Assembly: GCA_964016885.1 (NCBI GenBank)
Contig: OZ024743.1
Location: 162,936,001 to 163,000,000 of the forward strand
Length of the DNA stretch: 64,000 nt
Reading direction: 5' to 3'
Origin: Eledone cirrhosa
Lineage: Eukaryota
Part shown: positions 12,400-26,089 of the stretch, one piece after another
Position numbering within the stretch: the first letter of the stretch is position 1
Layout: each line of letters begins with the position of its first letter
Made by a program: the position numbers and the translations under genes
The notes under the pieces: model-generated
The model's database searches: none
What the model was told of the DNA's origin: nothing
The model's input: only the letters and a program-made list of their open reading frames with translations

Positions 12400-13985
12400 T
12401 CTGGCAGGGAGATTGTCGAGTCCAAACTAGCTGATGAAGGATGTGGTTTTCGCCCCAGATGCAGCACAGCTGACCAAATATTCACAGTGACAGGCTTTTG
12501 AGATATTGTGGGAGTACTGCCAAGAGGTGTATTCTTACTTTGTAGACCTCAGAAAAGCATAAGACAGGACCTGCTGTGGAAGGTTCTGCAGGAGTATGGG
12601 ATCAATGGTCATCTTGTTGCCCTGATGTATTTGTGAACAGATAAATGGTGCTAAATCGAAACCATTCAATGTAGGAGTTGGACTCTGCCATGGGTGTGTA
12701 CTGTCACCTCTCCTGTTGGTTATTTTCATGAACAGGATTGACATGTGCAGCTGGGCTGGAAGTGGTATCACAACTGGCAGGTGTAGAATCAGTTGGCTGG
12801 AATTTGCAGATGACATGGTGTTACTTAACTCAACAGAAGGTGATCTCCGACTTGCACTTGATAGGTTTGATGCTGAGTGCTTGGTTGAAAGGAAAATCAG
12901 TGCTGCGAAAAATGAAACACTCATCCTCTCAAGGAAGCCTACGGAGTGCACTCTACATGTAAATGGTGTTCTACTTAAGCAAGTAGAGAAGTTCAAGTAT
13001 CTCGGGGGATGTGATTACAAATGATGGAAGACAGGAGACTGAATTAAATGCAAGAATTACAGGAGCTGGTTCAGTACTATGTCAGCTTTAGCAGTCGTCT
13101 ACTGAAGACACTTGTTTGGTCAATGCTTCTTTACGGCTGCAAATTGTGGACTTTCACGAATCAGACATGGAGATACCTCTATTCTACCAAGATGCATTTT
13201 TATCGCAAATACTCAGGATCTCGTACGTCGACTGAATAAATAATGAATAGGTTTTGAAGAGAGTGCAGATGGGACACGAGATATTGCTCACTATTAAAAA
13301 GAGACAACTAATGTTCCTAGGACATGCCATTAGGATAGGCATGCAGAAAAATTCCTGGGAAGCATGCCAGAGGTCGTCAAAAGAGGTCCTTTTTTTGACA
13401 ATTTCAGCATCAAAGATGCAGAAGTATGGGATCTTGCTCGAGATCGAACAGAGTGGAACGTCATGGTTCGTCAAGCACTGATGGCACAAAAAAAATCAGA
13501 AGAAAGGCAGTAGGTCTAAAAGCCAAACTCGCTATCTTCAATTCAGTATTTGTGCCAACTCTTGCCTAAGGTCATGAATCTAATGTAAACAATATGATCA
13601 CAAATAGAAGCAGCCAAAATGGGGGTCCTCCAAAGGGTCTTTAGAGTAATGTTAGTCATTAGAGTGTGTAGCTCAGATTATCAGATAGTTGCTCCAGGTA
13701 GAGCCACTACTTCTCCGAATTGAGAGATCACTGCTCTGGTACTATGGGCATGTGGTTAGAATGTCACAGGAAAGAATTGCTGGACAGATTTTACAAGCAA
13801 ACCCAACTGGCAGGAGACCCAGGACTAGACCCCAAGCTAGATGGTTGGATAACATCCTTGAGCTCGCCTGGTCTCGCTTGGGGATCCAGAGGGGTCAGTT
13901 GGAAATGGTTGCTTCTGACAAGACCCACTAGAAGGAGTGTTTGAGGACTCTGCCCATGACCCTCTCATGAATAAGTGGACAAAGA
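12400..13985 (+). mobile_element. RTE-clade LINE fragment (same family as 333-1445), with an unrelated LINE piece at ~13095-13490
   Basis: CGFRP, FVDLRKA, LEFADD, VEKFKYLG motifs; 3' end closely matches 1130-1440. Confidence 0.85.
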
Positions 13986-14129
13986 CTCATACAACCCACA
14001 CCATCATGGAAAATATATGTGTGGTTGACAACAACACTGCCAGTTAAAAAAACAGTGCTGTATCAAAAAAGGTAAACTTAGCCACTGGGGCCAATATGAT
14101 CAACTAAAAAAAAAAAAAAAAAAAAAAAC

Positions 14130-14355
14130 TACTCACAGTCCACGCTGTAATGTGGCCGTGTAGGTAACACAGTAAACAGTTCCCAGTTCCACACTGTAAA
14201 TGTAGTTGGTGTTAGGAAGGGCATCCAGCCGCAGAAAGCCTGCCAGATAGTCCTATACGAGCGAGACACGGTCACCCGACCAACCTTGCCTCAAGTGGCA
14301 CAACTCCCGTCTAACCCATGCTAGCGTGGAAGATGGACGTTAAACAATGATGATG
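14130..14355 (+). mobile_element. SINE-like repeat with (GAT)n tail
   Basis: Same family as 10497-10765, opposite orientation. Confidence 0.7.
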
Positions 14356-14796
14356 AAAACACCTTGAACCGGCATAGCTGCAGTTCAATGACTGAAACCA
14401 ATAATGGAATTGAGTAAATATTGCACCAGAAGTAGTTTAGTGTGTTCAGTACAACAATATTGTTTAAACAGAAAAATGTTTAATTTATAACTTAAAAAGT
14501 AATCATCATTTAGATAGTTTTAAAACTTAATAGTGTCATCAATACACACAAATGTTAAGTTTTAAATGCTATGAAAAATATATAATTACAATAACACGTA
14601 TTTATTTTACAATCATTAGCATTTATTAAACTTGAATGCTGTGATTTTTCAATACTTTTATATTCCAAATAAACTGTTAAAGCCTGTATGACAACATGAA
14701 AATGTTTTGTCTAAATCATGGTAGTTAGGTCCTTGAGCTGTTGCAATAAATAAACACCACTAGAGTCTCTGCTGTAACATTCTGAAGATAAATCCT

Positions 14797-14814
14797 TTAG
14801 GCTGGGCCTCCTCT
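14797..14814 (-). CDS. MRPS36: MRPS36/KGD4 terminal coding exon (RGGPA*)
   Basis: TTTTTCAG acceptor then AGA GGA GGC CCA GCC TAA; the family ends in RGGP. Confidence 0.85.
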   Translation of the reverse strand, partial: RGGPA

Positions 14815-15374
14815 CTGAAAAACAGGAAGTATGAATTAAGACTTCAATTATGTATTTCAGTTGTAATGCACCCTTAAACTCTCTTTCCTTATTGTGGTGA
14901 GGATGATCTCAAAGTGTTTTGAAATTAGAGTAAATATTATTAAAATCCACTGTGCTAATGGGATAAGTAATATTTAATTTAGTAATAGTAAGACATCTGG
15001 TAAATTTTTAGTTGTATGTTATTGATGAAAATTTGCTTATTTTAAGATCTATGTTATGAACAAAAATCATTATCACTCAACACATATAGGGTGAGATTAG
15101 TTGATGAAATAATATGAAAACCAGGTGAGGCTCAGTGTCTTGTGGTTGGTACTAATGTTATACTTTGGAACTGAAGTGTATTACTTGCTTCAGGAAAAGC
15201 CAAATGTAAAAAAATATCATAAAGAGAGTTAAATTTTCAGAACTAACCCATGGCAAAAGATACACAAGAGATTTTAAAAAGTCATATTCAAAAGCCATCA
15301 GACACTTGACATAACAATCAACGTAAAATTTCTCGTCAATAAGAGAGAATAAAAGATGATTAAAAGATACTTAC

Positions 15375-15535
15375 CTCAATAAATTCTATTTCCTCAAGAG
15401 TAAGAAACTTTCTGTGGTACTTTGCTGGTAGATCTTCCCAATCTATACTGCAAGCTAAAGTTGTGTTTCTAGATTTCAAAAGATTAGCTGACGGTGATGG
15501 TGTCATATTTTGTAAAGAAGTAGCTTTTACTGCCT
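15375..15535 (-). CDS. MRPS36: MRPS36/KGD4 (alpha-ketoglutarate dehydrogenase component 4) coding exon (...DLPAKYHRKFLTLEEIEFIE)
   Basis: TTCAG / GTAAGT bounded, 161 nt; family motif LPxKYxRKxxxxEExEFI. Confidence 0.9.
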
Positions 15536-17383
15536 CTGAAACATATCAATATATATTGAATTAAGTTTGGCATAAACTATATTTTCCGATCAGTAATTTG
15601 TGAACTCATCATGATCATAGGAAATATAATTGCTGGAGTTTTTAATTTCAGATCAACACCACATTAGGCTACACAGTAGAGAGAATTCAAGATTAAATTC
15701 TTTTGGATGGATGCTGTATTATACATGTATGTAGCCTTTAATGAGAGGGAAAGATAGACTTTAAAACAATGATGTTAATACTCGTCCTCAAACTAATTAT
15801 ATTATAAGGCACTCTCAAAATATTCTGCAATATTCAAAGGAAACCTAAAGAAAAACATCACTCCATCAATTAGGAACACATGCAATAAACTATTAGATGT
15901 CTTTCTCCAATGTGAAATAATGTTGGTCCCTTAACAGTTTCTAAGTTCTTACATTTGTAGAACAAGACACTGTTAGGCAAATAGTCTGGGACAAGCCAAG
16001 GTAAAGTCTTGGCTGAAACGTCAAAACAATACAGTAGTAAAATTTGAATTTGTGACTCATGTTGCACTTTTTATGGGGAAAAAAATTCATCTGCATGGTT
16101 TACATATTTTCTCAAAAGTTGCATATGGTCAATTAAGCCAAAATTACAGTTACTACAGTGAAAATATATATATGTTGAAACCAATACCAAGCATTACTTA
16201 TGAAGGATTTTAATATAATGTACTTCAATAAATTTATTAACATGCTCTTTGGGTGTCAGTTTTATTTCATCTATTTAAAAGATGACAAGAGACATTGATT
16301 TATTCACATTAAATGTTTTGATAGGTGAAATCTCCAATGAACAAGCCTCTTCCTGGATATGTTCATACTGGACTACTCTTAGTTTAATTCAAATCCAATC
16401 TGGTACAATATATATACATTCAGGAATAAGACACTTAATGGCAATCTGCAATCAAATTGATTGAAGCCTAATGTTTAATATTTAAGTAGTTTTTCATCTT
16501 TAAGGTTAATAGTTAAAAAAATATTACTCATATTAACAATAACCCATCTTAGACATTTAGTAAATAGTAATGTTCTTGTACAAGGTGGCAAGTTAAGAGC
16601 GGTCATTAGAATGCCAGATATTTATGACATTGATATTTATTCTGGCTCTCTACAATTCTGAATTCAAATGCCACTGTGATCAACTTTGCGGGACAATTAA
16701 GTAAAGTACAATCCATGAACGCCTTGTAGTATCTGTACCAGCATTTTGCGTTCTGAGTTCAAATTTCACTGATGGTCAGAAGAAATCACCTGACCATGGG
16801 ACCACAACTGATAATGAAATCTGCAATGGGTAGAGGAGGATTGTGGCCAACTGCTATTGCAGTCAAACAATAATGATGATGAGTGTTCTTGTAATAGTCA
16901 TTCCGTTGTTTTTAAAATGTTAGAACAAAATGATATTTATGATACTATCATCATCACCATTGTTTAAAGTCTTTGAGGCAAATCAGGTCAAATGACCATG
17001 TCTTGTTCATACAGAACTGATTTGGGCTTGGTTTCTACAGCTGGATGCCCTTCCTAATATCAATCACATTTACAGTGTGGGCTGTACATTGGGGCAGGGG
17101 GGGGGGGTGTAAAGGCGTGGGAGAAGGTGGAGTGATTGGGATGTGGGTAGAGTGTTAGGGTGTGCGAGGTGTATGGAAAGGGGAATGAGGACAGGGGTTA
17201 AGTGGTCCATACTAGATGTATCTCATAATAAATTTCTGCACTAATTTAACTCTTCTCAGCTTCAAAACTTGTTGCTTGCTGTGCTGAAGTAGTGAAAAAT
17301 TATTTTTTCGTACATATGATTATGGTCAGTCCCATAACTTATCTTTATCAAGTGATGTCTATTATAGTGTGTTTAGGACACAT

Positions 17384-18070
17384 TACAAGAGTGGGCTGAA
17401 AATTTCATAGGCTGACTATGAAGGAGTGATGCTAGAGTCATGAAATCTTGCATGCATTAATTACAACTCTTCTTATTAATAACTGCATTGTTTCTTTCCA
17501 GGTAAACTGACATCTGACTGTTTAAAGAAGACTTCAAAAGTAATTAGTAACAACGTTTTTTGAAAATAGACAAAATTTGGCATCATGGTAGGGTTTAGCA
17601 CCCAAGGATATTCATGCTGACATGGTTGCTACATTAGGGGATGGTGCTCCAGCTTTATCAACAGTGCAAAAGTGGGCACCTGAATTTAAGAGGGGAAGGG
17701 AGAATCTTGAAAATCACCCAAGGTCTGGATGTCCTACAACTGCCACCACCAAGGAAAACATTGATCGTGTTATCGTGTTCACCACATGGTGATGAATGAC
17801 AGGCAATTGACTATAACTCAAATAGCCAATGCTATTAGCATATCCCATTGACACCTTGTCAAAAGTGCACCAGGCTGATCACACCATGAAAAATCTGATA
17901 TTGTTTGAGGCAGATCCAGCTGGTTTCCTTGAACGTTTCCTAAACCAGGGTGGGTGTTGGGTTTATCACTTTGAGCCCCCAAAGAAAGCCAAGGTCGTTT
18001 CATCTGCAGGGAAGGCAATGACCTCATTTTTGGGGGATGCAAAAGGCATTGTGTTTATTGACTATCTACC
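17384..18070 (+). mobile_element. Degenerate mariner transposon fragment
   Basis: TA plus TIR-like start; PKDIHADMVATLGDGAPALSTVQKW..EFKRGR..RSG.P HTH region; WVYHFEP, SAGKAM..F.DAKGIVFIDYL. Confidence 0.85.
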
Positions 18071-18599
18071 ATAGTATACCTAGACTAACAGCATCTACCA
18101 TAGTATTCTTTGTATTTTTAGTACTAGTATTTGTGGACTATCATCTACTATAGTGGTAGACCCCCTTCAGTCATGAAGTTTTGCACCTGGAAAGTTCCCC
18201 TTTGAAGCACAAGCCTTAGCAAGGAGCGTTTGTGGAAGACCTGCAGTCGCCCTTGCATGTCAGTCTCCCCTCTCCCTGCCACCGATGTTGTCCAAGGGAA
18301 AAGCAATGCCAATACAGCTTGGCACCCATGACATTGCAACTCATTTCTACAGATGAGTGAACTGGTGCAATGTGAAATTAAGTGTTTTGCTCAAGAATGT
18401 AAAGCACAGCCCTGTCCGGGATAAAATTCACAACCTTACGATTGTGAGCCCAACAGTTTAACCATTAAGCCACACGCCTTCATTATCTACCATAGTACAT
18501 CTGGATTAACAGCACCTAAACTCCTGGCCACACTCATAAATCAGTAACAAAATGCTCAATTTTAATATCTCACATAACATTTACATTATTCTATATATA

Positions 18600-21520
18600 A
18601 TAATAATATAATAATGAAAATATTGTGTACAGTGCTCAGGTGCACTACAACTCATCAAAAGTGTATGTATAGTACATAGGGTAATGTACAAACGTCAGGA
18701 AAATGAACAGTGCAAGAGTCATGATATACACATGTGTGTATGTGTATGGAAGGTGTAGTTTTGGCGAATTTCGGGAAGCATGAGGGTTTTAAAGGATGCA
18801 GTGTCTCGGCAGTTAACAACTGACGCAGGCAGTTTGTTCCATGCTTCAGCAACTTTGAGCGTGAAAAAATGTTTCCGAAAGTCATGGGAGCTGTGCTGTT
18901 TTCTGACTTTGTAGGCATGTCCATGTGTGTTAGACACATGGAGATCAAAAAGGTCCTCAGGGTTGTTGTTGGCGAGATGGTTAATAACTTTGTGGGTGTT
19001 TATCAAGTCCATTGCCAGACGTCGGAGCTTCAATGAATCCATGCCCAGGGAAGCAAGGTGTTCAAAGTATGGTAGGTGTCTGGAGGGTATGCGCTTGGTT
19101 GCATGTCTCTGAACAGTTTCCAGGAGGTCAATGTTCTGAGCACGATAGGGGTTCCAGACTGATGATGCAAATTCCAAGTGTCGTCGTACCATAGCTGTAT
19201 ACAGCTTTAAATAGATGGCTGGAGACCGGTTAACAAAGGTCTTGCTGAGTGATGCCAAGACACCCTCGGCCTTCTTGACAATTTTAGAGATGTGCTTTGT
19301 CCAATGCAAATCGCTGCTGACCGTAATGCCCAGGTCACGTTCACAAGAGGACTTCTTGATATCAGTGTTGTGGAGGTAGTATGTGGATGCTGGATTTTTC
19401 CTCCCAAAATGCATGGTGGTACACTTGTCCACAGCCAGCTTCAGTTGCCAGTCTGTGATCCATTGCTGCATTGTGTCAAGGTCTGATTGTAGGAAAGAGT
19501 TATAGATTTCAGGATCTGTCCTTTTGATTTCAAGGTACAGCTTGATGTCATCTGCATATTTCAGTACTGTGGCATTCTTCAAGTTGGCATCTATGCCATT
19601 AATGTATGCAACAAACAAAAGGGGACCAAGAACAGATCCTTGTGGTACACCAGATGACATCTCATATGGTGAAGAATGCTGTCCTAGAACCGTGACTACC
19701 TCTTTTCGGCTGAGAATGAAGGATTTCAACCAGTTAAAAAGATCATCCTTCACACCCATTGCAGAGAGTTTCGCCATAAGTCTTTTGTGTGGCACAGAAT
19801 TAAAAGCCTTAGCGAAGTCAAGGTAAACAACATCCACCCATGAGCTGTCAGTGATCCGGGTAATGTCTTCAAGGAACTCGATAAGCTGATCACAGCAGCT
19901 GGAGTTAAGGATAAATCCAAATTGCGAGGGCCGGATGAGGCTGTGAGAGCTCCAGAAGTTCCAAAGTGTTTCTCTGACACAGGATTCCATCAGTTTGGCA
20001 ATGCAGTTAGTAAGACTGACTGGACCATAGTTGACAGGTGATGTGCGGTCACCCTTTTTGAACAGGGGAATGACACTGGCAGTTTTCCACTGCTCCGGAG
20101 TAGCACCATTGTTGAGACAGTATTGAAAGAAGAAAGAAAGCTGGTGCAAAAGGAAGTACCCGCCATGTTTGAGAAGCAGCTATGTAACACCATCAAGACC
20201 AGGGGAGGCATAGTTGCGCTTATTCTGAAGGTGACATCGCAGCATTGCAGTGATCTGGGTTGTGTGGCGATTGCGAAGAGGACCAACTGGAGAGTGAGGT
20301 CTCTGCTTTGAATGTAAATATTTCCAGAACACCTTACTGTCAGGATTGGTTGCTATGCACTGTTCAAATTCAAGCATTGCCTTTTTTGTCACTTGCTTGA
20401 GATGGTTGGAAGATTTATTCTGTTGGCATCTGATTTATGCAGTTTATATTCTCGTTCAGCATTCCGACGTTCTTTCCTGGCAAGTCGGACCGCTGAAGTT
20501 TCCCAAATTGCACTTTTGGGGTGGGTTTTTTTCCGCTTATGTGGCACTGATGCTGCACACGCTATCCATATTGAGTCCAGGATGCTCTGGAGTATAGTGT
20601 TCACATCTCCAGAGTTATAGAACTTATGCCAGTTTGGGCGCTGTAGTTCAGTGCAGTACAAGTTCCAATCTGCTTTATTCCAATCAAAGCAAGCAGATTG
20701 GAGATGGTTCTGGTTTTTGTTGCTGCCCACAAGAGCCAGATTGGCAATGATCATAGCATGATCAGAGTCGCCTAGAGGTTCCTCAGTAGTACAACTGGTA
20801 ACCACTTCAGGAGTAGTGGTGAAGAGCAGGTCCAAAGTGTTGGAGAGGTGACTACTTGTGACCAATTTGAGTCCAGCACTAGCTCAAGGAAATCATTTGC
20901 ACTTTGTGGCCAACGAAAGGTTTCCCAATCGATCTCAGGATGATTGAAGTCACCTGCAATAAACACATAAGTGGCTGTTTTCCTGGCAGCAGCTGAGGAT
21001 ATCGCAAAGCTGTGTGTCCTGATGGTAGTTTGGGGGGAGGGGGGGGGGGGGGGGGGGCGATAAACAACACCAAGCAGAAGTGTTGACATGGTCATACGTA
21101 TGTCACAGAAAAAAACTTCTTCTTGTGATTCGTTCAAATCAACGCAAGGAATTACCGAAAAATTTGAACGAGCGTAGACCATCACACCAACACGGTGATT
21201 AATGCGGTCCTTGCGGAACAGGTTGTACCCAGTAATGCTGAAAACCCCATCACAGAGTAAGGAATGTGCCCATGTTTCCGTGACTGTGATGAAGTCAGGG
21301 TCGATGCTTCTGACGTAGGAGTTAAACAGATGTATCTTGTTGCATAAACTGTGAGCATTTAAGGACAACAATTTGTACCCTGCTTGCAGTTTATGATGGT
21401 GTGTAGAGGATGGCAGGTTGTTCTGGTTTAGTTTCCCAGAGTTGTTTAAATTGCTGCTGCCAACAGTAGTAAACAGTACCTTCTTGAGGCACTTAAAACT
21501 AGGTGGACTGAGTATTGAGA
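18600..21520 (-). mobile_element. CR1-clade LINE (APE endonuclease + RT), frameshifted, in an MRPS36 intron
   Basis: TETW, GDFNHP, SDH, YLDFAKAFNSVPH, GVPQGSVLGP, YADD, ERDLGI motifs; (ATT)n-type tail. Confidence 0.93.
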
Positions 21521-21826
21521 TGATTATACAAACATTCACCTCAATACCTTAATATTCAGTACTAAATTAATGTAGTTGTCTGCAGATTCAAAAGCATTGC
21601 TATCAATTTAAATCTAACAGTATAACTTTGTATTTTTAGTACCAGTAATTAGTGCTATATATATCTAGACATTATCAACCATTCCTATATATCCAGACAA
21701 CACAAAGCAGTGCTATATATCCAGACAATAGTAATCAGTGCTATGTATCCAAATATCACTGATAATGTAGTTTTTGTGCAATTATAACAATTATCAAAAA
21801 ACATAAGAATTTTCGTAAGATAATAC

Positions 21827-21878
21827 CTTTTGATCTTCGGTCAGGAAATTTAATTAAAGGCACATGAGGCTTTATGGC
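21827..21878 (-). CDS. MRPS36: MRPS36/KGD4 coding exon (AIKPHVPLIKFPDRRSK)
   Basis: TTGCAG / GTATTA bounded, 52 nt; family motif KPHxPLIxFPDRR; phase joins the 15535 exon. Confidence 0.92.
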
Positions 21879-22791
21879 CTGCAAGAGAAGACAATATTTA
21901 ATATTATTTCAGGAGAGATTTGGCTCCTTATACTAAAGATGATAATTTATCCATAAAATTGATATAGAGTAGGCGCCATTTGTTTTGTAAGGTAACAGCT
22001 CCAATGTCAAATAAATAAATCCACTCACCCTGTGATAAGACCCTAGCTGAACAAAACATGCAGAACAGCAAGTGATAAGCTTGTTTTTATTATAGTGTGA
22101 CTCCAGGTCAGCCCTCATTGAGATGATCAATCTACAGTACATAGATACTCAGTTGAATGACTAGGTATGATCCATAAAGTCATTGTTCTTGATATATAAT
22201 GTATTAACCACCTTGCATTCCTTCCTTCCTACCTTGTAGAGCACTATATTGCACATTTAAATGTACAATAGCTATCATATAAGGTGCATTGTAGCCACCC
22301 AAGCATGTTACATATTCACTGCCTACCCTGTTTCTGTATGCCAGTAGGTTCTAGTGATGTCCATAGTTGAGACAAGCAAAGTAGACTCAGACAAAGTATC
22401 CTGTTTGTTAATCCTCTACTCATATTGGTGATGTACATCCCAGCAGTCGATTTGGCAGAGTCGTTAGAGTGTTTAATATTTGTTCTACTTCGCTGCTGAG
22501 TTCAAACCCCACCAAGGTCCACTTTGCCATTTCATCCTTTGGGGCTCAATAAAGAAATACCAGCCTAGTGTTGATGCAGCCTTCACTCCTTTGATATTTC
22601 ACTGGATCAAGGGAGGGAGGAAGGGTCAAAAGGGTACCTGTGTCAGCTTGCAACTGCATGGTCACTTAAAGTCTATAGCTGAAGCATGATAGATAGTGCC
22701 AACTCATACTCAATTGCAAGTAATGTCTGTTGTCTTACATCTCAGCACTAATGAGGCTTTTGCTGCTGCTATATTTATGTGTATTATTGTG

Positions 22792-23114
22792 TACTCTTAG
22801 GTCTGGAATAATTGCCACTACCACCACCCCCTGCCATCCAAAAACAATTTTCATAATTATCTCCAGCAAAATTTTATTTTAAGTGGTAGCATTCCGGCAA
22901 CAATTGTCTTTAGGCATTAAAAAACATTATACATGACAAAAAACATTACAAGAAATCTCATACAGTATAAAATAAATAAGATGGGTTGGAGTCTCAATAA
23001 GTAAACTAAACAACTAATTCTGGTTTTAAAAAGAAATCAAGGCAGACAACCTAGAAAAAATTCCCCCCCACCTCTGCTTATTCTAACCCCCCTATTATTT
23101 GGGACCCTATAGTA
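22792..23114. mobile_element. Uninterrupted copy of the TA-flanked MITE
   Basis: TACTCTTAGGTCTGGAATAA ... TTATTTGGGACCCTATAGTA; serves as empty-site reference for the two interrupted copies. Confidence 0.75.
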
Positions 23115-25015
23115 TGTGTTTTTTTATTGTTATTGTCTGGACTGAATTAAAGAGTCAATGTTTTTAGGGTGAGCTATAGACATATCTGAACTGAGTGAAA
23201 GCAAGTGTGCTTGAGAAGTGTGTTATAGAAGTATTTTGGAGATTGTGTAGATGTGTCTGGCTGTTTGTCTGAAGTGAGTGGAAGAGGGATAGTACCTTTA
23301 TGATGGAGGTGTCTGTATTTCTGAGAAGAATTATTGCAATGACAACCTACATTTTTTAGATTATCAATCACATATTTTGTTTATTTATCTGTTATAACTT
23401 CCAATCATCAAGTGCCCTACATTTTTATATGCACATGTACCTAAACTGGGCTTGAAATTAGAATTTTTATTTCTGCTCACTATCCAGAGGACAATCCTGA
23501 AAATTAGAAATAAAGGTTCTAAGATTACACCCGTAAGTGTATATGTAAATATAGGGCACCTGAACATGATTATTGTGAAACGGATAAATAAATATACAAA
23601 AAATGGTGTCAATAATCTGAAAATATATATTGCCAGGCAAATTAGAAATGCTGTTTTGTAGAACCCAGGTCACATTGAAAACATTGATGTTAATGATCAT
23701 TTAATGATGATGATGATTTCAAGAAAAGTATAGTTATTTATTAGGCGGCAAATTGTCAGAGTTGTTAGAACATCAGATAGAATGCTTTGCAGTTTTTGTT
23801 CCGACTCACTGTTCTCTGAGTTCAAATCCCGTCAAAGCCAACTTTGCCTTTCATCCATTTAAGTTCAATAAAAAATCACCAGTCTAGTACTGGGGTCGAT
23901 TCTTCCGTTATACTTCTCTCACTTTCTAACCTTTTCTGAAAGAAATCTGCTGTATTCAGACCTGGAGAGATGGACTCTGCCAGGTTTAAAAAATGCAAGA
24001 AACGCCATGTCAATATGACATCCCCACGACTCCCTCAGAAGTCTCGGGTAAATACATACCATGAATAGTTATTTATTATTAGCAAAAATCATAATTGAGA
24101 TTAAGAGGAACCATTAAACACTAACTATGATATTTAGGTATTCAATGGGAAGAACAGTGAATTATGGTTATCAGTGATAAAGACATGTCATTCCAGCTGT
24201 ATTGGTTTAGTAATACTAAAGGTATTTGATGACATCTAACAAATATAATGCTTTTGTTTTTTTCTCATATAAACACACTGCTTCAAATTTATAGATGAGA
24301 GCAGTCTTATGATTTCATTGTAAATGAAATAAAATAATTCTAATTGAGAACTGAAGATGGGTTGTGAGCTCTAACCACCAGAAACTTAAGTGTTTTATTT
24401 TTTCCAACCGTTTCTATGTCTCTTTTCGAGATCTCCAAGATTGTTGCAGGAGGGAAGGAATTATACTCAAAGAGGACAGGACACCTTACCAAATGCTTGC
24501 AAAGTACTAGGTAATGATGTTAAACAGGGTGACAAAAATAAATCTACCATCCAAGAAAATGGAATATGCTGACAGCATCTAGGTTTCCCAAGCACCTAAG
24601 CACTAACTAGACTCTACATAAGGGACTGGATGAGAACAAATATTTTTAACATGATAAACCTTAAACAGGATGATTATGTACACACAAGCCTTCATTACAT
24701 CTATTCAAGCAGTTATCATATTTAAAAAAAGTTGTTGTTAATCTTTAATATCAATATGGTACAATAATTTGTGATTTCATTAAGATGATAGCTTCTGATG
24801 AGTTTAATGTGCATGGCAGTGTAAGTGAAGCAGTTATCTGCACTAAACACAAAGTTCTGGAGTCAAAAGCACTGTAACACTTGGACAAATACCTTCTGAC
24901 ATACCCTTAGATTGACACAAATTTTAATTATCGAAATTAAAGACGGAAACTATGTGGAAGCCGATCGAATAGACTGTACCTCTATTGTTATCATACAGAA
25001 TATTCAACCACTTAC

Positions 25016-25036
25016 CCTATCATTAGGTAATCTCAT
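25016..25036 (-). CDS. Candidate first coding exon of MRPS36/KGD4 (MRLPNDR)
   Basis: ATG, 7 codons, then GTAAGT in the required phase 0; no homology support, and an alternative (MITIE|GTACAG near 24970-24984) exists. Confidence 0.25.
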
Positions 25037-25631
25037 TGATCAAACAATGAAAAATGAAAACACTCATTGGCCAAAATGCAACTGTACATCTGAATATTGT
25101 CACATTAACTTACGTATTCACACACACACATATGAATAAACATTGATGTGTCTTGTCGAGATGAGGCGAGAGTATATAGGAATACATAGAAAAATGAGAA
25201 AACTCAATATTAGAACAGCTGTTAAAACAGCCAAATGCTGTCAAAGACAGTGATAGTAAAAAAATGCCTCAGGACAGAGAACTGTGGCCAGTGGTCATTA
25301 GAGAATCAATCCACAAGGTGGGTGACAGGTAGATGAAACATGGAAAAGATTGAGAGAGGAGCAAAGAAAAGTGCATAGGCGCATAGAAGTGACTGGAAGA
25401 AGGAAATAAAGAAACGCGATGTACAAGACAAGTTCACGCACATTTTTTCATCTTCATCAGCTCTCAGACCAGCAAAATCGTTTCGTACGATTTAACTGAG
25501 TGTACTATTTAAAAAATATACTGGATCGTACAACAGAAAAAAAAATTTTCTGCTAGTATGATATGTATGTTATAAAACAGAGCAGATCAGAGAGCGAAGC
25601 AAAAATCGACACCTTTTTTCTTTTTTTTTTT

Positions 25632-25926
25632 GCGGGCATCATTTGATAAATCGGTATGGCGAGCCACCAACAATGAGACAAGAACTCAATTCTCAGTAAC
25701 CCCCCCCCCCCACCCCAGCAAACGTTTCAAACACCACATGTTGAAAAAAAATAGTTTGCCGACATCGATAATTCCTTATATTTTAGAATTTGATTCCGTT
25801 CAGTAAACTATTTTCCAGCATGTGGTGTTCGACATGCTTGGAGAAGCTGGGTCGCTGACAATGAAGTTCTAGTCATCGTTGACGGTTCGCCTTACAGAGG
25901 TATCAGGTGATGACCGCGAAGGTTAA
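25632..25926. mobile_element. Fold-back (palindromic) MITE, possibly piggyBac-like
   Basis: ~140-bp imperfect arms (GCGGGCATCATTTGATA / TATCAGGTGATGACCGC; AACACCACATG / CATGTGGTGTT); right end GGTTAA. Confidence 0.6.
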
Positions 25927-26089
25927 ATAAAGAGGATAGAGATATGACAGGAAAGAAAAATGTCCAATATAGTCTCTTCAGTTCAGTAGAGCATAGTTTC
26001 AGGTCGAAAATACACCGAGTCAGTTTAATAAACCAATACACCCTTAAAATATATAAACTCGCTCCAAAATAAAATAAATCAAAATGTAA

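Noticed and set aside
12431-12455. CTGATGA as a hammerhead core (similar hits near 24795, 25453, 34104, 50882, 56723, 56837)
   Set aside because: No compatible GAAA, stem III and stem I arrangement; the 12431 hit lies in RT coding sequence just before CGFRP.
23441-23626. Possible extra MRPS36 upstream exons (AG/GT-bounded segments on minus)
   Set aside because: The open reading ends in phase 1, incompatible with the phase-0 acceptor at 21878, and has no family similarity.
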